Made by a program: the position numbers and the translations under genes. From NCBI GenBank assembly GCA_040954595.2, contig CM082595.2, positions 6,686,193 through 6,750,192 on the forward strand: DNA of 64,000 bases, read 5' to 3'. Origin of the DNA: Balanoglossus misakiensis. Lineage: Eukaryota > Animalia > Hemichordata. Position 1 is the first letter of the stretch. Each line of letters opens with the position of its first letter. Of this stretch, positions 46,595 to 60,937 are shown in pieces. The notes under the pieces were generated by a model. It was not told the origin of the DNA, ran no database searches, and was given only the letters and a program-made list of their open reading frames with translations.

Positions 46595-49500
46595 CTTGAA
46601 AATGATAGTCTTCGGACCGTTGCACCACAATAAACAATACCATGTTTTGTCTAATCATTATTTCTTGGGACCCTATGGAACCTGGATTCCTAGATGGGAG
46701 AAGTCCTTATCTGACATGCGCGTGATGACCCAGCTTATATTGTAGCAAGGGCTCCGAAAAATCCACTGCAATGATTGGCGAAAAGATTGCGTGTAGAAGA
46801 AGCAAATGGCTCCGCCACTCTAGCTGAGAAATGTATTTCCTGTCTGACTCGCAGCAAGAATCTTTCCATTAGCACACACGCTTTCGGGATTTTTCTTTTC
46901 CTGTCTTATCTCCCGCCAATCCCATTCTAACACAGCTAAGAGTATCTCTCTGCAAACCAGCGGACACGTCATGCATGTCTTGTTCTCATAGAGCGCCACG
47001 GTTCAATTCACCTCCTTCTGCCGAATTTCGTCATTTCAAGTCGTGCCCCCGGCGGCGCTGTTTAACGTGATGGTGTAACCCTGCGCCGAGACAGAAACGA
47101 AACTCCTCCGAAATTGAATTTCTAAAACTAATTATACTCTTGCGGGCCCCGGGGGCGAAGTAATATTGCGGCAGGGGGGGGGGGGGCGGTTGGGCTTACG
47201 CGGAATCAGCTACGCGCGTCAAATAATCCGTTATAATTGAATTTGTCATGGTCTTTCCACATTCCACGCGAAGATAGGTTTGGTTATAACGTCAGCTTAT
47301 GATATCGAGTAGTAGTGTGTAATCTTCTGCATATATGTGCCTGACCTGGCATGACACAATGGCATAGATCAAGAAACACATTCGAAATCTCGTCACTTTT
47401 ACTAAAACAACAACTGCAAGATGTGCACTGATGTCTTGGTGGTAAGACACTAGTCTAGCAGACATCTGTTGTATAAAAATGGTTAGCTGTTTCAGTTTTT
47501 CATGTTGCGCCAGTTCATTAATTCTTACAACTAACGTGGTAAATCTGGGATCAAAGTAATATACTTAATCTCTAAAGCCTTGCCAATATTCATCTGTATC
47601 TCAACGTCAAGTAATCAAAGCCACTCACTGATGAATCTAATACTTCCGTATGCATATGGCTCTAAAAATCTTAGGTTCTATTCGAAATTAGGAAAGGTCG
47701 GATTATCGGAAACGTACTGTTATTTTTGGCCCTAGATTATCAAGCAAAATTGAAATCATAAAATGGATATTTTAAAAATATATTTTAACTTCTATCTTTA
47801 TCTTTAAAAAAAATGGAGGGCATTCTGAAAGTTCCTTAAGATGTTATGGTCGGTCCCTTACCGTGATCCATGTAATATAATTCCTATAATGATCAAAAGT
47901 TTAAAAAGTTTTCCTCAAAAATGTAACCTCGTGGCCACTGAGCTGTTCGTGTTTCCGCACTCAGTGACAGCCTAGGTGTTGTAACGCATTTTCTGTTCAT
48001 GAAAATAGAAACTAAATTGAATTCCATAGAACTGGAACAAAGTCGTGGGGAATGATACAGGATGTGGATTAATTCGGCGGGAAACATACAAATCAAAAGG
48101 ACCATTGTTTCCCTGGGGAGCTGCGTGTGAATGCTACAATCATAGCACTTTAAATTTCTTGATCCGATGTCGTAAATTATTGTGACCCCTGACCCCGAAC
48201 GTCGGTCGTTTTTATCAGAGGAATTTGTGGCAAAGTGAAAATGCAATTTTCTTCGCAAACAGAGTGGAAGGAAATTGGTTTTGGACTAGGTTGAAATTGG
48301 TCGTGATTGCGCTTGTCTTAGGCTATATTTGGCGTCGTGTATCAAAGATGGCGGACACGGACTATTCGAGTACACATTTGATGTTGACAAAATTAATCAG
48401 GAAATTTGGCCAGAGGGGACGTGGGTGCTGTGTCTCCCACTCTTCCCCATTTCCATAGTTCATGGGTCCATTCACGTCATTAGAAACTATTGAACCGGGC
48501 CGAGTGTATCATTGGGGAATGTAGAGCAACGCAGACGCGAGTCACAGACAGAAAGTAGTCAGGGTTAGGCCCACCACGCTCTTTCACTGTGAGAGCGCAA
48601 AATCTACGTTGGTAGGGACGGGGTATGACAGGAGTACGTCTTAGTTGAGAAAAATCAGTGCAGTATTTTGCAGAAAAGCTGCAACCCCAACCCGCATTGA
48701 AAATGCATGGCATAGATGGATGCATAGAACGACTGACTATACAAGCTTACAGACTCAAAGCGTTTCAACAGACACGAGAAAACACGCGTGAATAATTCAG
48801 TGCGAGAGTACAGCGGAATCGGTGAGACTCGGGGAGATGGTGTAGATATCAGCTTGAATACAAGAATGCATCTATCAGCTCAACCAGCCGTTATAATACA
48901 GGCCACTGTTACAAATCCTTATGCACGTAGCCCCCAGGCTCAGCTTCGAATGCTTCAAAAAGAAAGTGCGCAGATTGTAGGCGAGCCCCTGGAACCTGCA
49001 AACCACTCGAAGACATCAAGTCGAGTTCTTTTTCGATGGTTATGATGAAATGTACACATGAAACGCGCTGAGTAAGCTGTCGTCGACGTCAGCGCGCGGA
49101 AATTAACGAGACCAAAGGGAACAACTCCATTACGTTTAAAAGTGCTTCATTCCCGCCAAAATAATTGCAAACTTTTCACAGACGACGCGGCGTGAGGAAC
49201 AACTAGGTGGGTATGATATTGAAACACAATAATATAAACCCTGGCTACCTCTGTTCAGACAACAAATATACAGAGCCGCCATTCACAGTGAAAAAACATC
49301 TCCTTTGCTTTGATCTTAGGTATTTGATAAATCAGTGAGTTGCAAGGAATGAATTAATAATAAAGTACGTCTACTTCTTTATTTTGTGTGAACAGTATGA
49401 TCTCCTAGTGGTCGCAATGAAAATTTTGTCTCGGATTTTGGATAAGACTTTCCTCATCTCAGCAGTATTTCTGTAGCTTTTATGATAATGCTTTTATTGC

Positions 49501-52500
49501 TGAGGCAAAGGGCAAGTCGACAAGATTGAACAGAACACGACCAGGTCAGCTTTAGTATTTGTAAAATATATAAGGTATTTCGAAACATGACCGACAAGAT
49601 ATTAATCAAGAAAAAAAAACCAACGTTATGAAGTTTAGAGAAAACGTCAGCCCAGCATTCACTTGGTGAATTTCCCACGCCTGTCTAGTAGCGTCCAGAA
49701 AGTGATTCTGGGTCATTTATCTTAATACACAGCAAACATACTCACTAATTATCTGATAACAATCACAATTTGCTCTGTCAATGTATGTGCACTGAATTTA
49801 ACTACCTGTGCTGTGCGATAGTGTTACTTATCAGCAGCTTAATTGTAGGTTCTCCCTGGATCATAAAATTCCGTTTTGTGAGTATGGAAGCGGTTAGCCT
49901 GTGTGTGAGTCTATCTAAAGCACACTGGGTATGAGACCAGGCGAGGAAGCAGTAAACAATGTTTGTACTCTGCCTGAACCATTGTAGAAATGGCATAATA
50001 ACACACCTGTCTTCTCAAAGTGACATCCTATACTTGATACAATAATAGGAATGCCGTTTGCATTCACGGCAAGTGTAGCGAAGTGACAACGAGACATGTC
50101 TCTTAGGTCCCAAGTGCAAAGTGGCGAAATGACTTGGAAGTGTGGCTATAATTTGCGTCGACTTAAGGGATTGAATCGCTTATCCGCGCGCGAATAACAT
50201 GCAGAGAAAAGATGTCTGTTAGTCGACGTTTAATGTCGTGCAGTGATTATAGACTACACGTTTCTTTTCGTCGATATTCCTTCATCGCGAATGCTCGGCT
50301 GGTCTCGGCAATAGACGAATCACCGCCAGAAACATTAGCCGTGCGCGGGAATGGGAGGGAATTCCCATTCGCTTTGCGATATATCATTTTAATGTGACCT
50401 GTATTTCCCCGAGGAGGCCCAACTTGCTCTCCAGTCGGTCAAAGGTCGGCAGCTGTTAGTCCTTGCGGGAAATGTTAGAGCTCAGCTGCGTTCAAATCTC
50501 TCTCGCTGGGTTTGAGTCGCATAGCCTCTGTGTATGAATGTCTTTTGTCATTTTTTCCGTCGATCTGCACTACTTTAAGCCTTCCAAAGATAGCCAATTT
50601 GTTTCTTGGTCAACTCGACATCCCCCATGACGTAAATTCGAGAGGCAGTTAAGCTGTTTTTTAAACCAACATGCCACGGAGTTTAGATTAGCATCTGTGC
50701 AAATTAAAAGGGACTCGGTTTACCTTTCCAGAAGAAAGTGAAATTTCAAAAAAAGAAATACGAATTCGCAAGACACCAGATTCTCAGAGAACTCGACGCA
50801 GAATGAACTCGTATTTACAGGCAATGCATTACAACTGTAGATCACTGCATAAGCTTACATTTCACAGCATACATGTACAAGATATTCACGATTGGTGGAC
50901 GATACAACAGAGTGCATTTCACCCCACTTAAACACACCACACCACATCACATCACATCACACCGCCATACATAACCCTGCAAGAAAGTCTTAAACGCTGG
51001 GAGGGGGGATTTTGGAGGTAATTCGTTGGTTTACGACAAAATAAAATAAAATAAAACCTGCAACATTTGTCCTTAAAACCGTGACGTGTATTCTATAATT
51101 GAGGCAATGCACGACACCAGCAATGATTAATATTTTTATCAGTCGACGATTAAAATGTGATCTTGAGTGTATCGTCTGTTCCGGCCCATGGGCAGCGCTA
51201 TGCATTGTGGTAACACGCAAGAGAACTATTCAAATTCTGGTTATGGCCCCGTGGGGACTCAGTACCACACCTTTAATCAGTTCTGAATCAAGAGTCACTG
51301 GGTTCTCACTTGCAAGGAGGCATACCAACCAGGTATTCGCATTAAATGTACATAATGACTCCCTTGTCGAATTATCTGTGAGATTAGCATTCGATCCAGT
51401 TTCATAAAAAATAACCTGGCCTACTTTAGACTTCTTTCTTCACAGGCCCACCTGCCAGCTGAGGGCGCTCGGGGTTTCACGACTCGTTAAAGGGACAGTA
51501 ACTTTTGATATTTGAAAAAACATTTTTATGCGATTTCTGTTTTTTTTCTACTCACTGAAATATCATGCAAATAACCATTGTAACTACAACATCAATAATA
51601 TTGAGAGAAAAATTGAGACTAAAAGCCCCCAAAACATAGAGAACCTTATCCTTTGCTAGGCCACGAGCGTTATTTGTCAGAAAGCATGATTCTGTCACGA
51701 ACGAGAAATTTGGCTTGTACATGATACTCCGTGCGTGACAGCGAATAAAAAAATGAAATGAAGCGCCCTTTAATATTGTCAACTGTATCTGCCAAGATGT
51801 ATAATTCCCCCATCGTGCCGATTAATAAAAAAAACTGAAGTAGGAAATCTGGAGCGCTTCTATCACGGATTTGACTGCCGCACAAAGAAATGCTCACCGC
51901 GCGCGCAACAATGCAATGGCACGTTACGGATATCCCGGATGTAATTTGGGATTACGGTGACCTTCGGCGTCGGGGTCACGCATGGCGCGCCTATTCATCA
52001 GACCCGTTTGATTGGACGCCTCCGATCTGTGCCCTGTGTACCTCGATTGCCATGCTCGCTTCGCAGTCACAATGCCCGCCGCAAAATTAGCAAAATTACT
52101 CCTGAAAAAGGAATCGTTATCTCGCCGAATGCCTTCGACTGATATTTTTTGTGGGAAATTACTTTTGTGCGCGTTCTAGCCTGACTACCGGAATACAATT
52201 GTCAGATAAAAAGGCCCATGTTTTTCTGAACCGGAAAAATGACGCTATGTTCTGATGTCTGTGCGAAGATGTTTTGACTATTTTATTTGCCGCATTCCAT
52301 AAATTTGACGAACTGATTTTTGGCGGCACTTTTATCTTTTGATCCAAAGTGAGAAACTGAATAGAAAGCAGATTTCAGAGAGAGAGAGAGGAATGACACG
52401 CATTCAAGATTTATTTACATTCTCAAACTATACGTATAAGCTCACAAAGTTTCTTGGAACTTTGCATAAGGTTCAACTTATCGTGATTTATTATTTGTTG

Positions 52501-54332
52501 CGTGCATCTTTTGCATCAGGTTTCCTCTATCGTCGGCCGATTCCGTGTGCATTCGGAAGAGTTTTGCATGCTTCGGTAGTTATAGCGTCATAAAATTTTA
52601 CTGTTGTAGGTCGCAACGCGATGTAATCCCACGCAATGGACTTAGTTTCAAACGCAGCTGAGGGAATGAAACAAGCTGAGTTATTTTTAAACTCCGAGAT
52701 ATTAAAGCTTCAATTTTCCTCCCGGGTGGCCGAGCCGTCTTCTCCGTCGCGGGTATTACGATGAATGTCACCCAATTCTGGCGGCAATCATGGCTGGGCC
52801 GTCTCTCCAATAATCTCGGCGACCTACTCGCGCCCAGCGCCCTATCCGCACCGTCCTCTCAGCCTATCAATGGCGGATATCACCGTACTTCGTGCAACTC
52901 AAAATAAGACGAGAAATCTGATTGGCTTTATGTGCAGAGAAAAGAGACCGAAGAAGACCTGGCGGGCGTGTTAGTTTGAGCTCGTGAGTTTAAAACATAC
53001 CCTTCATTGCAGTTCGTAACCACGACGTCTGTAGAGACCAAGGAGATCTTTTATAAGCAACACATCAAAGGAGAAGAATAAGAGTTACAATGCGCCACAG
53101 TATCAGCGAGACATTTCAGCTGAATGAGAACGAACCGTCGTACCTTGCAGTAATCGTCTTCGCTTCAATCAGTGCAATTTCAGAGATTCTTGCCCCTAGG
53201 AGGTCGCCACTAAGAGTGTTTAATTCTGCGTAACCAAGGCAACTGTTCAAGGATGGATTTTCCCCCAGAAATTTTCCCCTGAATGCCGTGTCGGATTTGC
53301 ATTTATTCGAGTCTTAGTCGAGCTAATATTGGGAATCCCTGCCGGTCGATGAATTTGTGTAATTCTTATTTCGAGATCGCGTCTCGTATGTCACTCATCG
53401 TCTGCGTGCATGTTTTCCCGCGAGAATCAATAAATCCGGATATTTCAGTCAATACTTGTCACCACAGTCAATTTCCGAATTATAACGCACTGTCAGAATA
53501 TGTTAAAATATTGACATGACATTGAAATCAGTATCATATTTTCCTCCTTTGTCCAAGATAATTTAAAAATGAATACCTACATGCTTATATTACTAAACAA
53601 ACATGCCAAACCAACTGCGTCACAAATCGTTGCCATAGAAACGTTTATTTTTGCAATTTGTTTTCCACGACGAGGTCACGCGCCCTTTGATAGCGTTTCA
53701 ACTTTCATAGCCGTGTCGACCGGAAATTTGATTTTAAAAATTGCCCCTGATTTGCATGTTGACCTTCGGCAGGTGTGGATTCGATTGATTTTGAAAAATA
53801 ATCAATAGCATCTGTACAGAATGAGCTGAACAGCAGTATTTTAGGAAAGTAGTTTTGATGGATGCATCGAGTATATTATTCAGCCGTCACGTGCTTCAAG
53901 ATGGCGCACGTTTCTATGCACGTTTCACAGCTCAACGCTGCTTCTACATAATTTAGCGTTTATTTGACACTACTACTCGGCTACTGTCAGTACTTTGATG
54001 GTGGTATGGGATATCAAAAGGTGTGAAAAGTCAGTGGGAAAATTATTGAGTTGTGGATATTCCATGATTTCCGTCGTTTTGCTGAAAATAATCTTTACGT
54101 TTACAAACAGATTGCCAGAATACTAAAACATGGGTTGTTGGAAGGTTTCTGATTGACAGAACAGATGTATTCTTAATTGGGAATTATGCGTAAGTTGATA
54201 TTTTGTTTTAAATTAGATAGTAGATTTGCTCTAAACTATTTTGATGAAACTGTATTTCGATTTATGAAGCTATAAACGGGGCTTCTGTAAGAGCTGGGAG
54301 TATCGACATCACGTCAAAACCACAAAACTTAA

Positions 54333-55127
54333 GATGGGTCCCTAGGATCTTTTTGCTCGTTGCTATGGGCCTTTATAGGACACTACACTCAATTTTGATC
54401 GAAACCGTTATGAACGTCCGACAAGGGGCTTGTAACTAGTTAAAAATACGCACGATTGTGTGCACACACCCTGTCCGAGTATGGTTACGGCAGCTACCGC
54501 CCGGCCATAGGCCGCCACGCTAATACGGCAAAGCAGCGGTCAGCGATAGCGTGCGCGTCCTGTAACCACAGTAACTGGATCGAACGCTAAAAATCCAATG
54601 TTTTGTACACAGAGATTTTGTACCGTTCACGAAAATCCCTAAGGCTTTTTTCATAGGCGACGTAGGCCAGCCAAATTTGACCTGCTTGTTGAGAACGCAC
54701 TTCCGCATAGTGTGACGGATCGTTTTTTCGGTTTTCGTCGTGCTAAGAAGCGATACCAGTGGAAGAGTGCGTCCAAAAACACCCAAAATCGATGACTTTT
54801 TCAGGTGTGGTACGGGTATGCTGAAATCGTAGGATACAACGATAATATTCGAAAACAAAATCCGTCACGATCTTCCCTGGTTCAAGCAACTAATGAATAC
54901 GTATCAAGTTCGTTTTTGAGGTCACGGAATAAAAAGCCTTAGGCTTTTGAAATTTGACCTAACTAATTTGCATATCAATGGCGTCAGGGGGCGCGCGCTC
55001 ACAATCGTGCGTATTTTTAACTAGTTACCAGCCCCTTGTTAGACTCTGAAAACGGCTTAGTCCAAATCGGGGTGTAATGTCCTATAAAGGCCCATAGCAA
55101 CGGGCAAAAAGATCCTAGGGACCCATC
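54333..55127. mobile_element. ~795-bp non-autonomous DNA transposon, ~140-bp TIRs, TTAA target-site duplication (Kolobok-like RR..YY termini)
   Basis: TTAA|GATGGGTCCCTAGGATCTTTTTGC...GCAAAAAGATCCTAGGGACCCATC|TTAA. The inner TIR segment TAACTAGTTAAAAATACGCACGATTGTG also pairs. No transposase ORF. Confidence 0.88.
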
Positions 55128-57197
55128 TTAATGACGTAATATTCTTTACGATACGCGACATTGCACTACTTAATACGCAGTTGAATCATTACAATCATTT
55201 GCTGCGCGGTGTCGTCGACCTCATTATATTTCAGGTATGTCCTCCCTTGCGGTTACATGAATGGAGGCTAATTGCCATTTTTATGGCCGTGTATAATAAA
55301 ACTCTTCCGCTCATAGCGGATGGCAACAAGAGCACTTGGGACGTTATTATTCACGATGATGAATTATTGCCGAATGTTTTTCTACCATGATAGCTCTTGC
55401 TATTGGTGATCGCTCAAGCATGGTAGGGAATACGCGCGCTCTCTGATTGTCTGCCTAAATCCGTCGGTTTGTTTTTCTCGGACAGGGTGACTAATAGGAC
55501 ATTGTATGAAGCTGGCATGAAGCTTGCCTAACGAGTCATTGTGATGATGGCGAACGATATTTCAGATGGGAAATAAAATCCTATGATATTCCACCCATTA
55601 TCATGCGAGACTGCTTCAATGCAAATGTCATTTTAGTTCGAGTCTGAAACTGAATCATCAAGTTTCTTTTAAACATCATGATAACGGTTGTCGTTTTTCT
55701 TGTTATGTCGAACTCTAGACTTTGCATAGCGCGATTCATTTCAAATGAATATAGTCGTTTGAATGGAACTTAAAGTTTCGGTTCAGCAATAACACTTCTC
55801 ATGAATCTGTAGAAAGTTCTCTGCTCTAAAGGCCCGGTTTCCTAGCCTCTATTTTGACAGGAAGTTGCAATTTCCTATAGATTCGTGCCTACACTTGGTT
55901 ACAATTGCATGTCATGTCTTTACAGAGACGATTATTGCAGTCTAGTGACTTCTGGAAGTCTGAGACAAATGTTGTGTACGTTTGTACCTAATCTACCTTT
56001 ACATCTAGAAGATTGTCCACTCTAAAATGATTAATCGCAGGCCACAGCAGCCACTCGCGATTCCTCACGTATTTTCGTTGCACCTGCATGACTGCACATC
56101 TTTCAATCTTAATTCTGCGACCTTTGACCCTATCATGGCGGCCGATTTTTTCACGTCTTGCATGTTTCCCCTGCTCCACCGACGCCCGGGCCTCACTGTC
56201 TGTTTTATGTAATACTTTCACGTGACCTGCAGTGTTTTCCTTAGAGTTTGGAGCCGAGAAATCTGTATAGCTGTGGCTTCATGGTTGCCTTGTTCTTATT
56301 TGTCTCCTTGATGTCTGTCCGTCTGTCTCTGATTCTGTGTGACTGGTCTAATACTGGTCTGTGAGTTTCTCTTTCTCTCAGCTATCACACACCCCCCTCT
56401 TTCACTTCCTTCCCCTCCCCTCTCTAGTCCCCCTGGCATACGAGCATAACACAAGTTACATTAAAGTAACGTGTCTCCTCAGATGATGAGACGCATGCAC
56501 ACCGACTTCAAGGTCAAGGACGGTGACTTTCTTCCGGTCGACAAGGCACACTGATTCAGTGTTCCCCTTGATTTCACTTGTTGATTAAATAAACCAACCT
56601 CAATATAATCCACGTTCATTTCTGTCGCATCTGCCCAATACCTTCGGGTGATTCATTTCACCCTGGGTCAACTGTCACATCGTTTACTGCATATCTTGTG
56701 TACGCCGTGGCGCTTGGTACAAGAAAACTTCCCGACAGTTGACTTTTCTTGGAATCTGTCGATTCGGAAAACCCGATTTGCATTTCTCTGAGACATTCAG
56801 ATGGTGAGATAATGCGTATAGACTAGTGATCTGCGCGGATGGCTGCGTGAGGTACGAGTCTCATGGGCCCCACGCGGGTGTTAGTTGTAACTTTTCGCGG
56901 GGATTTACGGAACGGGGACCCGCTGTAGGTGTGAAAACAACGACGTCGACACGTGCACAAGTGAAGGTGTTGAATAAACAGCGTCACTTGGCTGCTGAAT
57001 GTCTTACTCAGTCATGATCTCATGCTGTATTGCATGTTTCGTCTTTCAGTGAAGGCTCAGTCAAGTGCTTTCAACTTGTCCGAGGGTAAATGGGGCATTA
57101 TTTCTGTAGGCCAACTGCAATATCTTGTTCTACTACTCCCTAAACACTCTCAAATACCGATAATTTGACTTGTCAGTAAACCTGTGTATATAGGTGG

Positions 57198-57917
57198 TGT
57201 TACAACCCACAGGCCGTCCAAGCCAAAAATATGCGGATAATAGAGAGGCCAATTTACCTGACCGGGTGGCTTGTTTTACACCCGAACCGACCAACAGGCC
57301 GCAACAAAAGAAATGGTCGAAGACAGCACACGTACAACAAACCAGTCTAATAGATTTACCGTGTTAATTTAAGTGCAGATACCAGTAATATTCACAATAT
57401 GTTAACTAATATTAAAAATAAACTACAAACTAAACTCGAGCGTGACCAGGTGACCAAAACAAAATTCCTAACAAGTTCAAAGTCTCAAACAGTTCGGTGA
57501 CTCGACGCACAACAATTCTGGCCTTTCTGTCCGTTTAACGCCAGCGTACAAAAGACAGCCACGTATTACCTCAAATACAGTTCCACAGTCACACGGAGAC
57601 GCGCTCCCTCAGGACGACTCCCAAATTCCGCGCGGCGTCCTCGAAAACATCCACCACGGCTTCACCAAGTCCCTTCGGTAGTTTCAATCTTCAGCTACCA
57701 CAGTCGACAGGCAAACTCCGTACGGTGGGCTCCCAAAACTCATCCAAGGCGACGACACAGCTACCAGACCAGAATCAAAATGAGCCACCCGACAACGTGG
57801 CACTGGATGGTTTTCATACGACCAAAAACTAACACCTGGTCACGCTAATATGTTAAATAAAGAAATAAACATAGGTGCACCTGGCTACGGAAACAATAGA
57901 AAAACTTCTACGTAACA
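57198..57917. mobile_element. Solo LTR (720 bp) of an LTR retrotransposon, probably Gypsy/Ty3-type
   Basis: Starts TGTTAC and ends GTAACA (TG...CA with a short terminal inverted repeat). Flanked by the 4-bp direct repeat GTGG (57194-57197, 57918-57921). No internal gag/pol. Confidence 0.8.
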
Positions 57918-60748
57918 GTGGAAGCAATTGATAAACAAGTCTGAAAAAGCAACACTTTTTGACCGAGACTTCCTCAATGTTTCATTCTTTTGGCTTGAGT
58001 AGTTTCACTTATTATTCCAAGTAAAGGGATGACGAATTCCCACAGCGGTAAAGGACAATTTACAACTGACGACATGTAACTAAAATGACAAATTGTATCG
58101 AAAATGATGACTGCACTTCATTGGGGACCGACCGCTTCTCTGCACAATAATCACAGATCACAAATCTGGTGATTGGGATTTGTTACAGTGTCTGGCGACT
58201 GGACTCCATGTTTTATGTCAGAAAGGTCGCACATATTTATATTTCATGATCTGTAAATTGCATTCGTAAATTAATCATGCATTCCATGCATGTTAATCGT
58301 GAACTGCAGAAGTTGCTTCTGCTTAAGATCACATTTTGAATTTATGTTCAGAACGCAAGACAGACGCTCCTCTGTCCTTTGAGCGAAGACTTGTCGACGT
58401 CACGAGCGATTCACAACCCTTCAAGCTAGCATACTCGTCGCTTTTGATGTCGGCGGAGTTTGTACTTGTGGGAGTTTTGCTGACGGATGATGACGTCATT
58501 TCAAAACATCACAGCGGGGGGAGCTTTGCATATCAGCCGACGCGGCTCCAGCACGCAGCGAAAATTGTCTCTCTGATGCGAACAGATTACCTTCCTACTG
58601 ATCTGTGTCGATTTTTCTTGTAACAAAAACCCCCATTTGCAGGACACTCGCTCAGCTCACTGTCTGAAGTTAATTGTACCCCCGAGGAACACAGCGTACA
58701 GCCGGGTGTAATTCCGCTACATCTTTGGAAAAAAAATGATATATCGTAATTTTCCTGCAGAAAATCAGTGGACTTGGGGCAGACTGAGGTGTCTACTGTG
58801 AGCAAGTACATTACCTAAATCGGTGCAGGACACTTCTGACGCACACTTCAGCCATTAGGGTGCATCCTTTTTAAAATCTTCCAGATAAAACGAAGAATTC
58901 TCTGAGTGGGGCTGTAAAAGTGTATCACGTGTTCCTCCAAGCAAATTAGGATTGCATTAGGCTTGATAGCACATTCTACAAAAAGGAATTTGACATTTAG
59001 GCAAATATTAATGTAAACGACATTGCCTTCGTCGGGCTCTCGATGGTTGTTCAATATAGAGACGCGTTTTCCGAGCAAAACTACCTCTAACATGCGGCAG
59101 ACAAGTTACAGCTTATTTTGACGTTATTTTGACGCTTATTTCTGCGTTTGTCCGTGTTGTTGGCAGATAGCTACCGTTGGAAACGTTATACGATTTTATC
59201 ATATACATTGTAATTCACTAGAAAGACAAAGTACTGAAAAATTGGGCACAGGACAACACGTATTCCGTGCTAGTTTATGTTGACCAATAGTCCAAGCTTT
59301 CAACCACTCCCAGGGTATTGGCGGGAAAATGATAAGCCGATTCTGAAGAATTCCTATATTTTCATCGTCAGCTCAGGCATGCGTCCCAAATGAATTTGCA
59401 ACTGCATTCTGTCAAGATTGACTCATAAAATATGCAACATTCATTGCAAGCAAGCAAGCAAGAAACAAAGACTGCTCTATATTAATATACTGGCGGCATC
59501 ACTGCAACAAGTGCGTTTCTGTTAGCATGCATGTACTTTGTATGGCGACAGCGTAATCGCGATTTCTGCGTCTCGATCCCCAATTACCAGTCAAGTATAT
59601 ATTCAAACACTGTGCAGACGTCGTTTAAATATGCATACACAGTTGATATTCAAGAACCCCGTCGGGAATCTACGTGCAGGTTGCTTGCCGTGGGCGTTTA
59701 CATGACCCTCTGGACGCAGAGAATATGTTCCTCGTTAAGTAATTTACCTAAGCGGCATTTGGTACTTTCGTATATGTTGAATTTGAGATACGTCACTCTA
59801 GCCCTCGCATACTGCACAGAAGAAAATTATAAAGTGTATTTGTTTATGTTAGGCGCAATAGAGCAAGATATTCACCTGACAAAATAAGAGGCGGCGAGGT
59901 AAAAAAAAATGATTTCCAATGGATGAAATTCGTGATGATAAGTCCTATATATAACGCTAAGTACGTATGCTGCAATCCGACGGCAATGAACCTAAATGCA
60001 TGCACTGCTTTTCCGTGAACTCGCTCATTTAATAATGGAACAAAGGAGGTTACACTTTGCGAGATTAGATTCAATACACTCGTTCGAAAAACTGGGGTAA
60101 ATTCCTGTGAGCATTTTAAAGATCTGGAGTAAGGTGCTTAGCCTTGTAAATTCTAAGAATCCAAGTGTTATGTTGGAGAACACATCAAACAATCGCTTGA
60201 GGTAATATTCACAATAAAATCATAAAAATAACTTTTACTATCAAAGCTATCTGTTTGATTTTACCCCGAGAAGCACTTGAATTGATAACGAGTTCCTATA
60301 GAAGATCACGCAACAAGGTCGCCTAATGTAAAAGACGTAATCGAAATCAGTGAGATAGGTCTATTTATATGGAATTAGACGCACGTCTCTACTGTTGAGC
60401 GCACTTCACTGTTACAGTCTAGCAGCGGCTTCAAATCGATGGTTTGGATGAAATGTACACATAACATTTTTCCGAGAGTACCCGACAACGCGTGGCGCGT
60501 CCACTTTCATGTCTGCGCGTCACGCGGCAGTGTCGCCTGCGCTTCACGGAGAGATACGAGACAAAAAATCAGATTCGGCTTTTGTTGTCCCCCTTTATCT
60601 AATGAGACAGGTGTTATAAGGATTTTCAGCAGTGATAATCCGAGAATGGATCTTGTAAGGAAGCTTAGTGGAGCTGTAGACAGTGAAATATAACGTAATT
60701 GGCAAACAGCAGCGACTGACACCGTGTTTTGTGAGTGATGGTTCTTAA

Positions 60749-60937
60749 AGGTATACAGTCACCCATGCAAATTTAGCTACAGTTACCCTGGTAAATTGAG
60801 ATCTGGCGAATCACAGATTTTCAGTGGGTGGCACAAGCGAAAAAAGCGCCACCTTACGTTCTTTAGAACACTCAAATACGCCATTTCAGCCATATATGGC
60901 GATATGTAAATTGGGGGAGGGGGGTGCCTGTATACCA
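60749..60937. mobile_element. Short MITE with TTAA target-site duplication (Kolobok-like)
   Basis: TTAA|AGGTATACAGTCACC ... GGTGCCTGTATACCA|TTAA (imperfect TIRs). Confidence 0.6.

Noticed and set aside
51487-52600. Possible decayed TTAA-type transposon starting TTAAAGGGACAGTA
   Set aside because: No convincing matching right end found.
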